From Gekko japonicus (Eukaryota), in the NCBI RefSeq assembly GCF_001447785.1, contig NW_015162482.1, positions 287,930 through 351,929 of the forward strand: 64,000 nucleotides of DNA, in the 5' to 3' direction. Positions 11,557 through 24,302 of the stretch are shown here, one piece after another. The translations under genes and the position numbers were made by a program. The first letter of the stretch is position 1. The number at the start of each line of letters is the position of its first letter. The notes under the pieces were generated by a model. The model was not told where the DNA came from and ran no database searches. It saw nothing but the letters and a program-made list of their open reading frames with translations.

Positions 11557-13026
11557 CTCTCACAGATATTTAGTTTGCCTCCTTGGGTCCCCATTGGAGA
11601 GAAAGGTGGCGAGGGGTATATAAACAGTTTATAAAAAAAAGTTAGCATGTGTATATGAACCAAGGCAAGTCTTGTTAAGTGTCCTGTACGGATTCTTTAA
11701 TTCTTGCTCTTATCTCTACTACTTCTCTCACGGTGACATGACGATCAAGGTAAATACTGTATAGTGTGCCACTTAAAGCACATTATGGTTATGCCCTTCC
11801 CTTTGGAATTGTGGTTAAGCAGAATGGAGGAGGGGGAAACGTAGTTTGTTTTCCAAACAGAAACAGCTCTTGGAGGAAGCTAATTAAACTGTATGGCAAA
11901 TACAGAAAGGGCCCATTCATTAAAGTTATTTAAAGGACCCGACCTCAGACTGTTCCTGCTGAAACTAAACATCCCTTAAAACAAAGCAACACTCTGAGTG
12001 TCCAGTCCAGTGAACTGATGAATCATCTTGTCAACATTGGTCAAGCTGCATTCTCTGAAACTAGATCATATGCTGGTTAAGGAATATGCCAAAACCTTAG
12101 TAGGCAGAAAAGAGAAAATCTGAGTTCTCCCCACCTAGCGGTTAGGCAAGGATATTAACAAATACAGTAAGTGGAGAGTATTGGAAATGATAGGGGCCAA
12201 ACTATGTTCTTGGCCAGCCAAAGCTGGTAGCAAAGTTGGAATAGTCTTCATATTTAGGTATGTTTACCTTGAGTCCATGCTGCAGCGTAGTTACCTATCT
12301 GAGTAAACTCTGCCCATTGGGTACCCAGTGTTGACTTCCTTACATGTTCCCCTCCCTCAGACAATACATTTCATTCCACTATTCTGTGAAAGGGAAGTGT
12401 TCCCACTTGTAAGGAACCCTAAAACATTAGTAGATTTCCCAGTTTGAGGAGTGGAATGACTACAGTAGCCCTTTCACATGTTGCAGAGAATGCATGTACA
12501 GCCTACATGTACGTGTGTACTCCTGTCTTTAAGAAAGACCCAACACATGTTCACTTCACAAATGAAACCAGGAACCAGAACCCAGATTCATGTGGGGTTT
12601 CAATCACACGTTCAGCTGTACAAGCGTTGAATATAACAGGGTAATGAGTCAATATCTATATAAAGGAAAATCAACTGTACACAGATTGTATATGTGTTCT
12701 CTGTAGCTTGTGAACAGGGCTCGTGTCTGAATCATTGTAGATGGTGAGAAACTAGCAGGACGGATGAAGAGTGCCTGTCCTTGCTTTCAGCAGTGTGAAT
12801 GCATGTACAGGGGAGAGAGTGGCATATGGGTCAGAGAACACTGGGAGTCTGTTGTTCGATTTAGCATACGATGCCTATCTGTCTTGCAACCTGATGTGGT
12901 TATTGGGAAGTAAATCTCATTTTGATTTCAGGCTCATGTGCAGCCTTTGCCTGGCTCTGCCATCTTCTTTTCTTTTATAGATGCACCATTATCACTGGCT
13001 CATGGCTTCCCTTACTTTTGTTTCAG

Positions 13027-13146
13027 TAAACGCATGGCAGAAACGGAGCTGTCCAAATCAATGAATGAGTTCCTTTCCAAACTGCAGGATGACCTGAAAG
13101 AAGCCATGAACACGATGATGTGTAACAAGTGCCAGGGGAAGCACAA
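13027..13146 (+). CDS. DNAJC14: DNAJC14 exon 4
   Basis: TTTCAG|KRMAETELSKSMNEFLSKLQDDLKEAMNTMMCNKCQGKH|GTAGGT, 120 nt. Confidence 0.97.
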
Positions 13147-14044
13147 GTAGGTGGCTAGCAGCCATTAGCTCTTCACTGGTCCCACCATCACATTAGGCTG
13201 AGTGACTGATAGCATTTCTGATTTCTAGAGTTTGCTGAGCATTGATTCTGGGAGGTGCTGCAGCAGAGATGCAGCATGCATGCTGTTTTCATGCCATGTA
13301 TTCTTCTGAGCGTGTCACAAAGGCACAAAGACTCCTGTCTCCTTTGAAAGTAGAAAGGTGTGCATTTCTGGACTCGGTTAAAATGTTAGTCTGTAGCCTT
13401 GTTCTCAAAGTGTTCTGCCAAGAGCTTGAGGTATTCCATGCGCTCATAGGTTCACTATGTAAAAACAAAATCAGGTATATAGTGCAGAATTGGTGTCCAG
13501 GGAACTGAGGTCTTCCTTTTATGTAAGAAAAAGTGCTTCTTAATATAATGATTCCGTGGGAATCTGAACAGGATTTGGCAAAGGCTCAGACACCTGAAAG
13601 CACCTGGGCAGTGGTCTAAGGTGAGTTTTTAGTTGGCATAGCTACTCTCACTTCTTTATGGCTTACTGAGGTTTAAACCTAGAGGTTATGACTTTTAACG
13701 AGTTGAACCCCCCAGGAAGTTTAGGGAACGGCCTGTTAAATAGCCACATGGGCCTGATTCTGCTGTGGTCTGTGGTGGTGTGTGGGGTTTGGCTCGTCCT
13801 TCCCCCATGCCATTTCCCCAAGCTGAAACAGCACTGGTGGTCATTATATGCCCAGACATTAAACAAATTGATTGATGCCAATTCTACTGCCATGTAATTC
13901 CAGTCTTCTTGTTTATGTCCTCACTTTTCTTCCGCTCCTCACCCCAGTACTTTCCAAGAGAGTAGAGAGTCAAAGTTCCAATTTCTGGTACATCAGCATG
14001 CTCCTGTTCTCTGGCATCAACAACATTTTTATCTTTCACTGCAG

Positions 14045-14205
14045 GAGGTTTGAGATGGACCGTGATCCATTGAATGCCCGCTACTGTGCGGAATGTAGCA
14101 AGCTTCATGCAGCGGAGGAGGGTGACTTCTGGGCTGAATCTAGCATGTTAGGGCTGAAAATCACATATTTTGCCATGATGGATGGAAAGGTTTATGACAT
14201 CACAG
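14045..14205 (+). CDS. DNAJC14: DNAJC14 exon 5 (Jiv90 zinc-binding domain)
   Basis: CAG|[53 protein letters not shown]|GTAATA, 161 nt. Confidence 0.97.
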
Positions 14206-14275
14206 GTAATACGACCATGTCACTGGGCAAGGGGAATGGAATCAAAGTGACTGAAGGTTAAATAGGATTTTAAAT

Positions 14276-14506
14276 CCTGACCTGAATAGCTCAGGCAAGC
14301 TCAGTCTCATCAGATCTCCGAAGCTAAGCAGGGTCGACTCCGACAAGTACTTGGATGGGAGAACTCCTTGAAATACCAGCAGTCTGGAGGACAGAGGCAG
14401 GCTTTATTCAGCCACCTCTCTGAATATTCTCCAGGCCCCCAGTAGTGGTCAATCACCAGAGGTTGCCATGACTTCCAGGTGCACACATGCGCATACACAT
14501 ACACAT
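14276..14506 (+). mobile_element. 5S rRNA-derived SINE
   Basis: Head GATCTCCGAAGCTAAGCAGGGTCG...AGTACTTGGATGGGAGA matches the 5S rRNA internal control region; unrelated body and (CA)-rich tail follow. Confidence 0.8.
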
Positions 14507-14649
14507 ATGGAAAATACACAAAAAAGTCCAAAAAAAAGAGAGGGGATTTTAAGACTCCTTTTTGCAATAACTCTCATTACATGCAATTTGGGAAATGAAT
14601 ACTAACAACTCGGGGGCCCACAAAGACTCATGGCTGAAGGTAAATCTCC

Positions 14650-15140
14650 CCAACCACCACAATCTTCTCTTCTCTTGCTTTGGGTTGCTTTCAGGCCCCT
14701 GCCTGGTGGAACATACTTCTGGTTGAGATTAGGCCCCTGCAGGCTTTATTACAGTTCCACAGGGCCTGCAAAACCAAGCTGTTCCACCAGGCCTTTGGCT
14801 GAGGTGGCGGATGTCCAAGTGACACCGGCCTTCCCTGCTCAGCTTGATCAACATGCTCAACTTGCCTTATCTGCCTTAGACATCAGTGTCGGCTGACTTT
14901 GGTCTCTTAAGAGAATGTACCCTCCCTGACATTATTGCAGCAGGCTCAGTAGTTAGTCATTCTTGTGCTGCCATCAGAAATTTTTAACTGGAATTGTTGA
15001 GGCTTTTATGAATTGTTATTTAGTGTCGAATTATTATTTATTGTTTTATCTGTGTTATATGCCACCCTGATCCTGCTTGTGGGGTAGGTGGGATATAAAT
15101 TTGGCTGGGAGGGTGGGGTATAAATCTGATAGATAAACTA
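14650..15140 (+). mobile_element. L2-like LINE 3' fragment
   Basis: GCCCCTGCCTGGTGGAA...AGGGCCTGCAAAACCAAGCTGTTCCACCAGGCCTTTGG resembles an L2 ORF end; T-rich UTR and ATAAA tail follow. Confidence 0.5.
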
Positions 15141-15994
15141 AACTTATTCAGCCTTCCTCCCTCTCACTGTCCTGGCTCCCCTCCCCCACATCTTTTATTT
15201 CTCCTCTCCCGTCTTGCCACTTCCACTCCCCTTGCCCCAACTGCCCCCCCAGTCTTTCTTTCCATCAGCCACCCACCTTACCTGTTCTTCTCCCCCAGTC
15301 CTGCTTCTCCCCCCTCACTCACTTTCTCTTAAAAAATTTTTTGCAGTGGTGTTGAGGCTTTTGTGGTTGTCAAGCGCCCCTTTGGGTTGCTACAGCAGTG
15401 CAAAATGCCACTCAAAATTCTACCTCCCCCCCAGTGATATTTGCATATGCACAATAATAATTAATAATTATCATGTGGCAATGTGTCTAGTATAGTCAGG
15501 AGATCCGAAGATTGTCTGACAGCCTTAAGTTCTAGCTCTTTTAGTGTTATGCACCACTAAGGTGGCGAGCTAGACTTGTTTTGGGGGGCTGAGAGAGCTC
15601 TGAAAGAGCTGTGACTGACCCAAGGTCACCCAGCTGGCTTCATGTGGAGGCGTGTGGAATCGAACCCAGCTCTCCAGATTAAGAGTCCATCGCTCTTAAC
15701 CACTACACCATGCTGGCTCTGTTGCACATGCACAGATATCATTGTTATGGTTTTCTAAGCCCCCAGTTTTCAACTTTTCATATTTTTCTACAAACCTAGT
15801 ATTTCTTCTTGAGTTGCAGAAACATGTACCTTAGCCCTCAGTGGTCCCCTCCTTATGGAGTTTTTTGAGCCTCATAAAAAGCATACGTGGCTATTAGATG
15901 TCTTAACAGATGTTTTCTGTTTGTTCAGCCTGGGTTGCCCGCTGGATAGGTTTTTGGCATTAAGGGAAATTGAGGCAGCAATTTTTTTTGCATT

Positions 15995-16420
15995 GTGTAT
16001 GTGCGTGCGCGCCTTGAAGTCATGGCAACTTTTGGTGACTCCTACTGGGGCACGGAGGATGTTCAGAGAAATGGATGATATAGCCTGCCTCTGGCTCCCG
16101 ACCAATGCTCCCTCTAAGCTGTGGAGTCTTGAGAGCAAAAATTCTATTTTGTGAGCTACTGGCATTAAAGTTGTTAGCGAGCGATTTGGCTATGGCATTA
16201 GTTTGCTCTGGAGCCGTCCTTCCTGAGTCAAGACAAAAATGTGTGAGCCGGAGGCTAAAAAACTGTGGGCCAGCTCACACTGACTCAGCTTAGAGGGAAC
16301 ACTGCTCCCGACCCTGGTATTCTTTGGAGTTCTCCCATTCAAATACTTGCCAAGGTTGGCCCTGCTTAGCTTCCAAGATCTGGTGAGATCAGGTTTGCCT
16401 GGGCTATCCAGGTCAGGGTG
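15995..16420 (-). mobile_element. 5S rRNA-derived SINE interrupted by a hAT MITE
   Basis: Reverse complement of the 14276 family: head at about 16313-16420, tail at about 15995-16094. Confidence 0.75.
16103..16304. mobile_element. hAT MITE nested in the 5S-SINE
   Basis: TIRs CAATGCTCCCTCTAAGCTG / CAGCTTAGAGGGAACACTG; exact 8-bp TSD CTCCCGAC (16095-16102 and 16305-16312). Confidence 0.9.
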
Positions 16421-16867
16421 AAGCAGCAATTTTTTTTTTTTTTGAGTACTTGTGTGATATCTGGTTTTCCAGCATCAAATATGTGCACATGTAATATCCA
16501 TACTTCATGTGCCTTTAACTGTTTTTTCGCATGCATCCAGGACCTCTGCCCAGTCCAGGTTCCCAGACCTATATATAAGATGTATGTTAAAAAAACATTA
16601 TATGTTTGCTGCATAGATTACGGGGATTCCTTCGCATCTATCATATAACTGTAAAATGGGGCAATAACTTGAAAATCAAAGACTGCCATGAAAGAGAGAA
16701 TGATTTTGAAATACTGCCACTCAGAGTGCCATATTAATGGTAAAGGATGTCACTGCATGGGTTACTTTGTCAGTATATGAGAACTCTGATTTCAAGGATG
16801 ATTCCTTGAGAGGCAGGTACTTCTGACCACTTCAGTGCTAACTTGCTAACTCTTTTTTTATGTGCAG

Positions 16868-16964
16868 AATGGGCTGGCTGCCAGAAAGTGGCAATCTCCC
16901 CAGATACTCATCGGGTTCCATACCACATATCTTTTGGATCAAGGGGCTCTGGAGGACGCCAGAG
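16868..16964 (+). CDS. DNAJC14: DNAJC14 exon 6
   Basis: CAG|(E)[31 protein letters not shown]|GTTAGT, 97 nt. Confidence 0.96.
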
Positions 16965-18159
16965 GTTAGTTCTGAATAATTTCTGAGCAGAGATGGGTGC
17001 CACCGAAGGGATGAGTTATTTTTAGGCCTTGTGTGTCCCAATCTAAGATAAATGCACACTGACAGATATCCTGTATTAATGGTGACTTTCATTCAGTTCC
17101 CTGCAGTGATCTGATCTTTCTGTTAACATAAATAGGGGAGACGTTTTAATCATGGGAGCACTGTGCTCATATCAGAGCTGTTGTGTAAGTAATGGGGGAG
17201 GTCAAGGTACTGTGTGCCCCTGTGAGATAAGAGAAGAAACCAAATGCATAACTTGACCTGCCATAACGGCCATAATGACACGTATACATACCCTTCACAT
17301 GTAGAAGAGCTCTTAGTTCTAAAGTGTTAGCAGCTATAGCTCATGTGTGTCCAGTCTCCTTGCTTTGATGCCATGAATGCTATCATCCCTACACACAAAT
17401 GCACATACCTATATGCAGCTTTTTCCTTCCTATTGGAAATGCAGAACCGGAGAATTTTCACAGCAGCCACCAGGTTCTATGACCAAGACTCCACATACTC
17501 TTACCTAGAACCTGATGGCTAGCTATGACTCCTATGCCAGCTTGCTGACTGCCTGATACTCCTTTGGTTCCAAGGGGCTACCATTGTATCATACAGTGTT
17601 GCAGCTACTCTCCATTCTGACTTTAATCCCAGTATGTCAGAATCACAGTGTCAATATATCTAATTGGCAACATGGCCAAATTTGTGGATACTCAAATCTG
17701 GAGACTGCAGCCATGATGAGCAGACAAGACAGATCTTTCTAGAAGACTGAAAAAAGCTCCAGGTTTGCAGAAAAATCTGAAATCTAAAAAGCAGCAACCC
17801 ATTGGGGGTTGAACTCCTCCAAATCATAGGAGCGGTGCCTGTAGCTTTTAAGAAACAAATGCCCTTTGTGGCCTTTGCCAGGCAACTACAACAATAAGCC
17901 TTGGTTTCTGTCAGCAGCTATAAGCAGAAGATGGGGCAGGGCCCTTTCCGGAGCTGTTTTGGCCCTTTAGGGAGGACTCATTGGGGCCAGGGCCTTGTAG
18001 CAGCCACTGGGTGACTTACTACCATGTGACCTGCATGACTCAGTCAGGCCTGGCTGCCTGCTGCTGTTCAACAGCAGCAATCCCACAAAAGCTATTGTGG
18101 TGTAGTGGTTAGCATTTCAGACTAGGATCTGGGAGACCCAGGTTCGTAATCCCCACTGT

Positions 18160-18253
18160 GCCATGGAAGCTCATGGGGTAACTTTGGGCTAGTCACACAC
18201 TCTCACGCCATGGAAGCTCATAGGGTAACTTTGGGCTAGTCACACAATCTCAG
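18160..18253 (+). repeat. 47-bp tandem duplication inside an old tRNA-SINE (about 18097-18300)
   Basis: GCCATGGAAGCTCATRGGGTAACTTTGGGCTAGTCACACA occurs twice in tandem. Confidence 0.8.
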
Positions 18254-19089
18254 CCTAAACTATCTTGGAGGGTTGTTCTGAGGATAAAATGGATAAGAGG
18301 ATAACAGTATACCTGTTCTGGTCACCAGTGTGGAGAAAGGCAAGGTATGAACGAAATAAATATCAATATAGTCAAAGATGGGCGGTAGATAAAAGGTAAG
18401 TTGGCAGGTGGGTGGGAAGGAGAGAAAGAAGCCGGAAAAGGTGTGGAGGACATGGGGGTTGCCAGGAGGAGGCAAACAGGAAGTAGTGTGGGGAAAGAGA
18501 TTAGGCCCCTGTAGGAAAAGTGAGGTTCCCCCCATACAATTAGGCCTGGCAGCCACCAGTCCACAACCTGGCTGTAATCTTCCCAGGTGGCTGCTGCTGG
18601 GGGAAGGAAGTAGGGAAAGTTGAAGATAGGTGCAGATAAGGGTAAGTTGGTGGTAGATGGGAAGGAGAGAAGAAATGAGGAAATAGGAGAGGCTTTGGAG
18701 GCTGCCAGGGAAGGGAAACAGGAAGCAGTGAGTGAGAGGATGAAGCAGTGAGTGAGAGTTAAATAAGATGCTCCACGCAAGTCCTTTCAGGTCCCCCACT
18801 TGTACTGATCTAAAAGTATGTAATCCTGGGAGAGTATAGCATGTTACTTTGCCTACTGGTCTAAAAGTTTATAGCTATGATGGTTCAGTAGCTAGGAGCC
18901 GGATTTGTGACTCAAAAACCTTGGATTGTTTCCCCACATGTTGAGCTGGTTGCTACCATAGCACATTGCTCCAAAGTCTAGCTTCCAGCCGCCCCCTTTC
19001 CCCATATTAGGTCCAACATATCCATCAGCTACAAACAGTGATTAGATCTGATGGTTCTGCTCTCTTCTGCCCTTTCCCCCCTGCCCCAG

Positions 19090-19318
19090 AACTGCGTCAG
19101 ATGGCAATACTGCTTCAGCTGCAGAACTACAGGACTTTTTCAATCGCATCTTTCAAGGAAATCCTGGACAGATGCCGAATGGGAATCTTTTCAGCACACC
19201 CCAACCACCATCCTCAGGGCCTGTGCCAACTCCTCCGCCAAAGGCAGACAATGCTTCCCAGAAGGGCGATTCAAAGCAAAAAAGGCGGAAAAAAGTGCGA
19301 CGCCCCTTTCAGCGCTGA
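19090..19318 (+). CDS. DNAJC14: DNAJC14 last coding exon
   Basis: Pyrimidine tract then CAG|TASDGNTASAAELQDFFNRIFQGNPGQMPNGNLFS...KGDSKQKRRKKVRRPFQR-TGA (19316-19318); the KRRKKVRRPFQR end is characteristic of DNAJC14. Confidence 0.96.
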
Positions 19319-19914
19319 GGGCATGACTGCGTGAAATTCCCAGGCCTGCGTGGATGTTGGGCCTTTCATCAGGTAGCTAAAGGGCTGTTCCAAAAGGGAA
19401 AAAAATGTGTTCTTGTAAGTGTCAAAAATCCAGATGATTCAGGAACCTCTGGACTAATCAATAATCCAGTCACTTCCAGCTGGAAAAGGACACTTCCTTC
19501 TTCACTGCAAATGTTGACACAGATCCCATGATACCAAAGAACTCCAGTGGATGGCTTCCAGGAGGTGACATAATGACAGTGTGGGATGGCCAGATGCAGG
19601 TCAGTAGTACAGCATCTACTGAGCCATGGGATCTCTTTAAGGTGACTTTCTCAGTGGGATGCTTCCACAATTGCCCATCTTTCCCTTCAGCAAGGGTATG
19701 ACTAGAACCAGCAAGTATTACCTGGTTGTTCAGCTTTTTCCACAAGAATGGACTGGAACCTCATCCGTTTATTTTTATTTTTACCTTTTTGTCCTGCAAT
19801 CAAAGGCTCTCCAGTTACCTTGAGGCTAAGAGAAAAGCCAAGCCCTCCAAGGTGGCTAGTTGCCCAGGAAAGAATTTGGTTTGACTTGGGGAACTTTATG
19901 ATGTAAAGAGAAGG

Positions 19915-20139
19915 TTTTTATATCCCTCTTTTCTCTACCTGGAGGATAAAGTGGCTTACAGTCTCATTCCCTTCCCCACAACTGGCACCTTATGAGGAAG
20001 GTGGGGCTGAGAGAGTTCTGAGAGAAGAGTCACTGGCCTGAAGTCACCTGGCAGGCTTCATGTGGAGGAGTGGAGAAGAAATAAACCTGGCTCTTTGAAT
20101 TAGAGTCCACCGCTCTAAACTGCTACAATATGCTGGCTC
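19915..20139 (-). mobile_element. tRNA-derived SINE (Squam3-like) in the probable DNAJC14 3' UTR
   Basis: Reverse-complement similarity to the + copies. Confidence 0.7.
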
Positions 20140-22036
20140 TCAGCAAGTGCCCAAATCTCATTGCTGTGCAAGATCAACAGTGATCCTCTTACCCCATGAC
20201 AGATGTTCAACAGTTGAACTAGAAAAAGTAAAAAAAAATGAAATGTACTTGCTAAAAAAAGAAGTTGATTGCTCACTGAGCAAAGGACCCAGCAGGACCC
20301 CAAGCATAATAAAGTTAAGAGGAGATAACATGCTAGTAGTTACTGTTGTGCAGGGGCTGCACAAACACAGTGCAGAGACTCAGGATTATGCCAAGCAGTT
20401 CTGCCATCTTGCTTTGAATCCTAGATGCTCCCTGGTTCTGTCACAAGGTTATCGAGAAGGTGTCTTTCACCTTCCCACCACTAAAGGGCAAATGACCACC
20501 TCTGGTTCTGAATGACCAGTGACTCTTTCTGAGAGACCAGTCCCAAGCCCTTGTCTTTTCTAAAGCACTTGATTTGCTCTCCCCTAATCCTGGCAAGCAC
20601 CTGATGTCTGCCTGTGCTGTCCCAGAACTATTTTATTTTTCATAGAGGCCGGATCAAACCAGTTAAGCAGCTGACAGTTCAAGCCCCAAGGCTTAACATG
20701 GACGGTCCGCTCTGTAGCCGTCCAACCTGTTTTACTGAAGGTTACTTTTTTAAAAGGAGTTCATATTTCTATGTACATACATATATTTAATACCATGTGT
20801 ATTCCCCTTTCTATAAATATATATAAATGCCTCAGAGAGATTTGTTTGTGGATTCTTTTATTCTTACCTGTTCCACGCATCGTACAAGGAAGGAGAAGAT
20901 TGATTTAGCCCTGGATTTAATAGATGATGGTGGAATTAGGTTACAGATAATGCTGATTGCATTATAGCACTGATGCATTCCAAAGGATCTAAGAGGCATT
21001 TACCTAATGACTGAAAGCAGTCCGTTAGTAGGTCTCTGACTGGAGCGTCATCTGCGGAATAATTGGCTCCTAAAATACAGCCCCCCAGGAAACGGGGCTG
21101 TGTAACCAGTGTGATTTTTAACTCCACCCATCCTTACTTACACTTTCATAGGCTGGTTTAAATCACAGTAGAGAAAAGATTGACACAAGGCAGGTACCTT
21201 CCTTCTTTTCCACTAGAGCTGAAAGCACCTTGGAAAAGCCTTAAACTCCCATTACTTAGTGCTGTGGCCCTAATCCAGGTCAGGGTTCTCTACAGCTGCT
21301 TCTCAGGGCTGAAGTAACACATCTGGAGTTCCAGTGTAACTGGTAGTTTGGCCCAGAAACTTTGCACAGCCACCAGCGTGCTAGAGATTTTGGAATATGA
21401 ATAAATCCCTGATAAGAGCTGCATCAGTGTCATTAGGGTGGCTAAAGAGTGAGCCCTGAGTATAAAGTGCCAATATTTTGCGACCTCTCGATCAGTGGGA
21501 AGAGACTAGTTTTTCCATCTCGGGGACAGGGAGGAGTATAACCAATTGATCTTCCACATGGGTGCTGTAAAAGTCCAGTTGTTTTCTTCTCTAGCTGCCA
21601 GGTGTAGCAGTTGGGTCCCACATGACGCAAGGGACGTATGTTGGGCAGTGAGTTGCTGTACCATATCGCTGTAAGGGCTGGCTGATCTCCCTGCTCATGG
21701 TCTCATCAGGTGATTTCATTATTTTTTTCCTTCAGTATTACAGCTTTTATTTATTTGTTCCATTTATCAGCCTCCTTTCTTGTTGAGGCTCAAGGCAGAT
21801 GACAGAATTATAAAATAATACAATAAAGACCGATATAATAAATACAATAAGCAGTGCAATAAAACTAGGTTATACAGAACAATTAAATAAAATGTGTAAA
21901 TACATCCAGTGAAAAATACAATGTCGTGGGGGAGGAGAATTTTTTTTTTAATCTGCCTGATTTTTCCCCCACAGGCAATTATTTCTGGATCTCTCCAGTT
22001 CTGTCCCTGTGCTGCAGTTCTGCCAATCGCCTAAAC

Positions 22037-22398
22037 CAGGGATCCCCATTGCGGTGCCCGTGGGTGCTAAGCCGCCCACTGACGCCTTTTCTGGCGCCCA
22101 CCAAGTGTTTTTAGGAAGTGGGTGGGGCCTGGTAGGGCTTTGGCCCAGCAAGGCTTCTGATTGGCCACTGGACATTTGGTTGGCTGTGCAGATTTTTTAA
22201 AATGTTGCTTTGGCAGCAGCTGCCCCCACAGCACAAGGATCTGCGCCGTGTTTCTGAAGTTAAGCTGTGGCAGCCGTTTTGTGGCTGGCTCCGCCTCCTG
22301 TAGCAGCCATTTTGTAGCATCATTTTGTTGCTGTGCCCGCCATGCTGTGTCAGAATTCCAAATGTGCCCATTGGCTTAAAAAGGTTGGGGGACCCCTA
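22037..22398. mobile_element. hAT (Charlie-like) MITE
   Basis: TIRs CAGGGATCCCCA / TGGGGGACCCCTA; 8-bp TSD GCCTAAAC/GCCTAAGC; inverted relative to 3898-4248. Confidence 0.85.
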
Positions 22399-24015
22399 GC
22401 CTAAGCTGAGAGTTCAAAATGAAGGGCAGTCTCATCTTGGTATCTGTCAGACAGAATAGCTTTCTGTAGTGCCTATGGAAGAGCTCAGAGTTCTTTGGCT
22501 GGGCAAGTTCTTAGGGAAGGTTTGCCACATTAACTGCTTTGGCATGGTGGGGTCAGTGGGTCACCCTAGAAACCTGGGTTGTATTCCTGTCCTTGTACAG
22601 AGCTTGATGGCAGCCAGCTGGATCAATTGCTTGGCACCTCCAGATTCAAGACCCGCCGTGATCTTCATAGGGTCTCCTCCACCTGATTTAGGTATCATGC
22701 ATAACCAACTGGCCTACCTCTCCTTTAAGTTAACCATGTCCTTGACTTTTCTTTTGTTTCCCCCTTGTTTTTTGGAGATTATTTTAGATCAATGCACAAG
22801 CCATTGATTACTTTTATTGGGTGCAGGACGCAGCTAGTCCAGAGATAATCTGAAGACCAGGTACTGCCTGAATCTGTGAAAGGGTTCTGCTTGCTGACTA
22901 GTTTATAATGTTGCCATTGGCTTCACCCACTTTCTGTGTTCATTCCAGTCTGCTCCTAACGGTCTTGGAGGTTAAACAGAGAAATCTGATCTGCTACTGA
23001 AATTCTATACTTCAGGACTGTTACTTTCTCAATGTGGTGGCCTATAAAGAAATAATTATAGTGCGCACCGCTGATAGTCTCCAGAAGGTGGTGCTCTAAA
23101 ACCGATGAAAGGAAACTGCACACTCAGGGTCATCCCAAAGCTGTTTTCTATATCAAAATGTTGTGTTGCCAGAAGCCCTCTTGAAAGAAACTCCTGCATG
23201 TGTTTAACCACCAATGCAGGTACTGTCAGACTTAAGCATTCTGTAGTGTACCAGGTTTTTTTTTTAATAGAGCTGCTGACTCACGTTAAGGGTTGACACC
23301 TTGGAATTCCTACAAAATGTTTTCCAGTGTGGAAATGAGTTGTTATCCTCTACTGCTTTTCAAATTGTGACAAAGTGGCTTCTAGTTTCCGTGAGATGGC
23401 AGGGAGGGCAAACAAACACTTTTCAGCAGGCATGACTAGGAATTGCTGTGCCATCTTGCTTTGAATCCTAGATGCTCCCTGGTTCTGTCACAAAGAGGGG
23501 TATGGGCTGGAGATACTCTGTGTGTCACCTAAGGCCTCATAAGTGACAACCAATGTATTAGTGGGGCACACATCCACAATGACAGCTTAACTTGTCATTT
23601 CAATCACTTCTTGAAGTCTTGTCTGGACACTTAAATTTATGTTTTAATAAGTAAGGTCCTGAGAAGAAATTGTATTGGGTGTTTCAAAGTAGAGAGATTT
23701 TTCTGCCATAGTGTGTATTCAGCATGAAGGCAGTACAGTCATTTTGCTGAAATGGGGAGGGAATGCAGTGGGAGTCAGGTACTGGTTTTCTTAGAGCAGA
23801 GCTGAATTGGCATAAATGTGATACTTCTGTGCTGCTCTAAGAGATATTAGGTGATATTCCGTAAACTGAGCTACATTAGGAAAAGGGTACTTGCTACTCT
23901 TTTTTATTTCTAACTGTCCAGATTTCTCACAGGGACTCTAGGTGGATTACACATAGCGAGTCCTTACAGTCAACAAAATGGGACATTCAACATGCCGTGC
24001 ATTAGGATTTTAGAG

Positions 24016-24302
24016 ATAGTGGTTAAGTGTGCGGACTCTAATCTGGGAGAACCGGGTTTGATTCCCCACTCCTCCACTTGCACCTGGCTGGATGACCTTG
24101 GGCAAGCCGTAGTTCTGATAAGAGCTGTTCTTGAAAAAAGAGCAGTTTCTGTCAAGAGCTCTCTCAGCCCCACCTATCTCACAGGGTGTCTGTTGTGGGG
24201 AGGGGAAAGGAAAGAAGTTTGTAAGCCACTCTGAGACACCTTCAGGTAGTGAAGGGCAGGGTATAAATCCAATCTCCTCCTCCTCCTCCTCCTCCTCCTC
24301 CT
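24016..24302 (+). mobile_element. tRNA-derived SINE (Squam3-like) with (TCC)n tail
   Basis: High similarity to 11278-11556. Confidence 0.85.

Noticed and set aside
14300-14385. 5S rRNA gene (also near 16330, 58680 and 61340)
   Set aside because: Diverged, lacks the true 5S ends and continues into a SINE body and tail.
18320-18805. Purine-rich segment with 150-180 aa minus-strand ORFs and a possible Helitron-like CTTGT end
   Set aside because: The ORFs reflect low-complexity composition; termini and family could not be established from this window.
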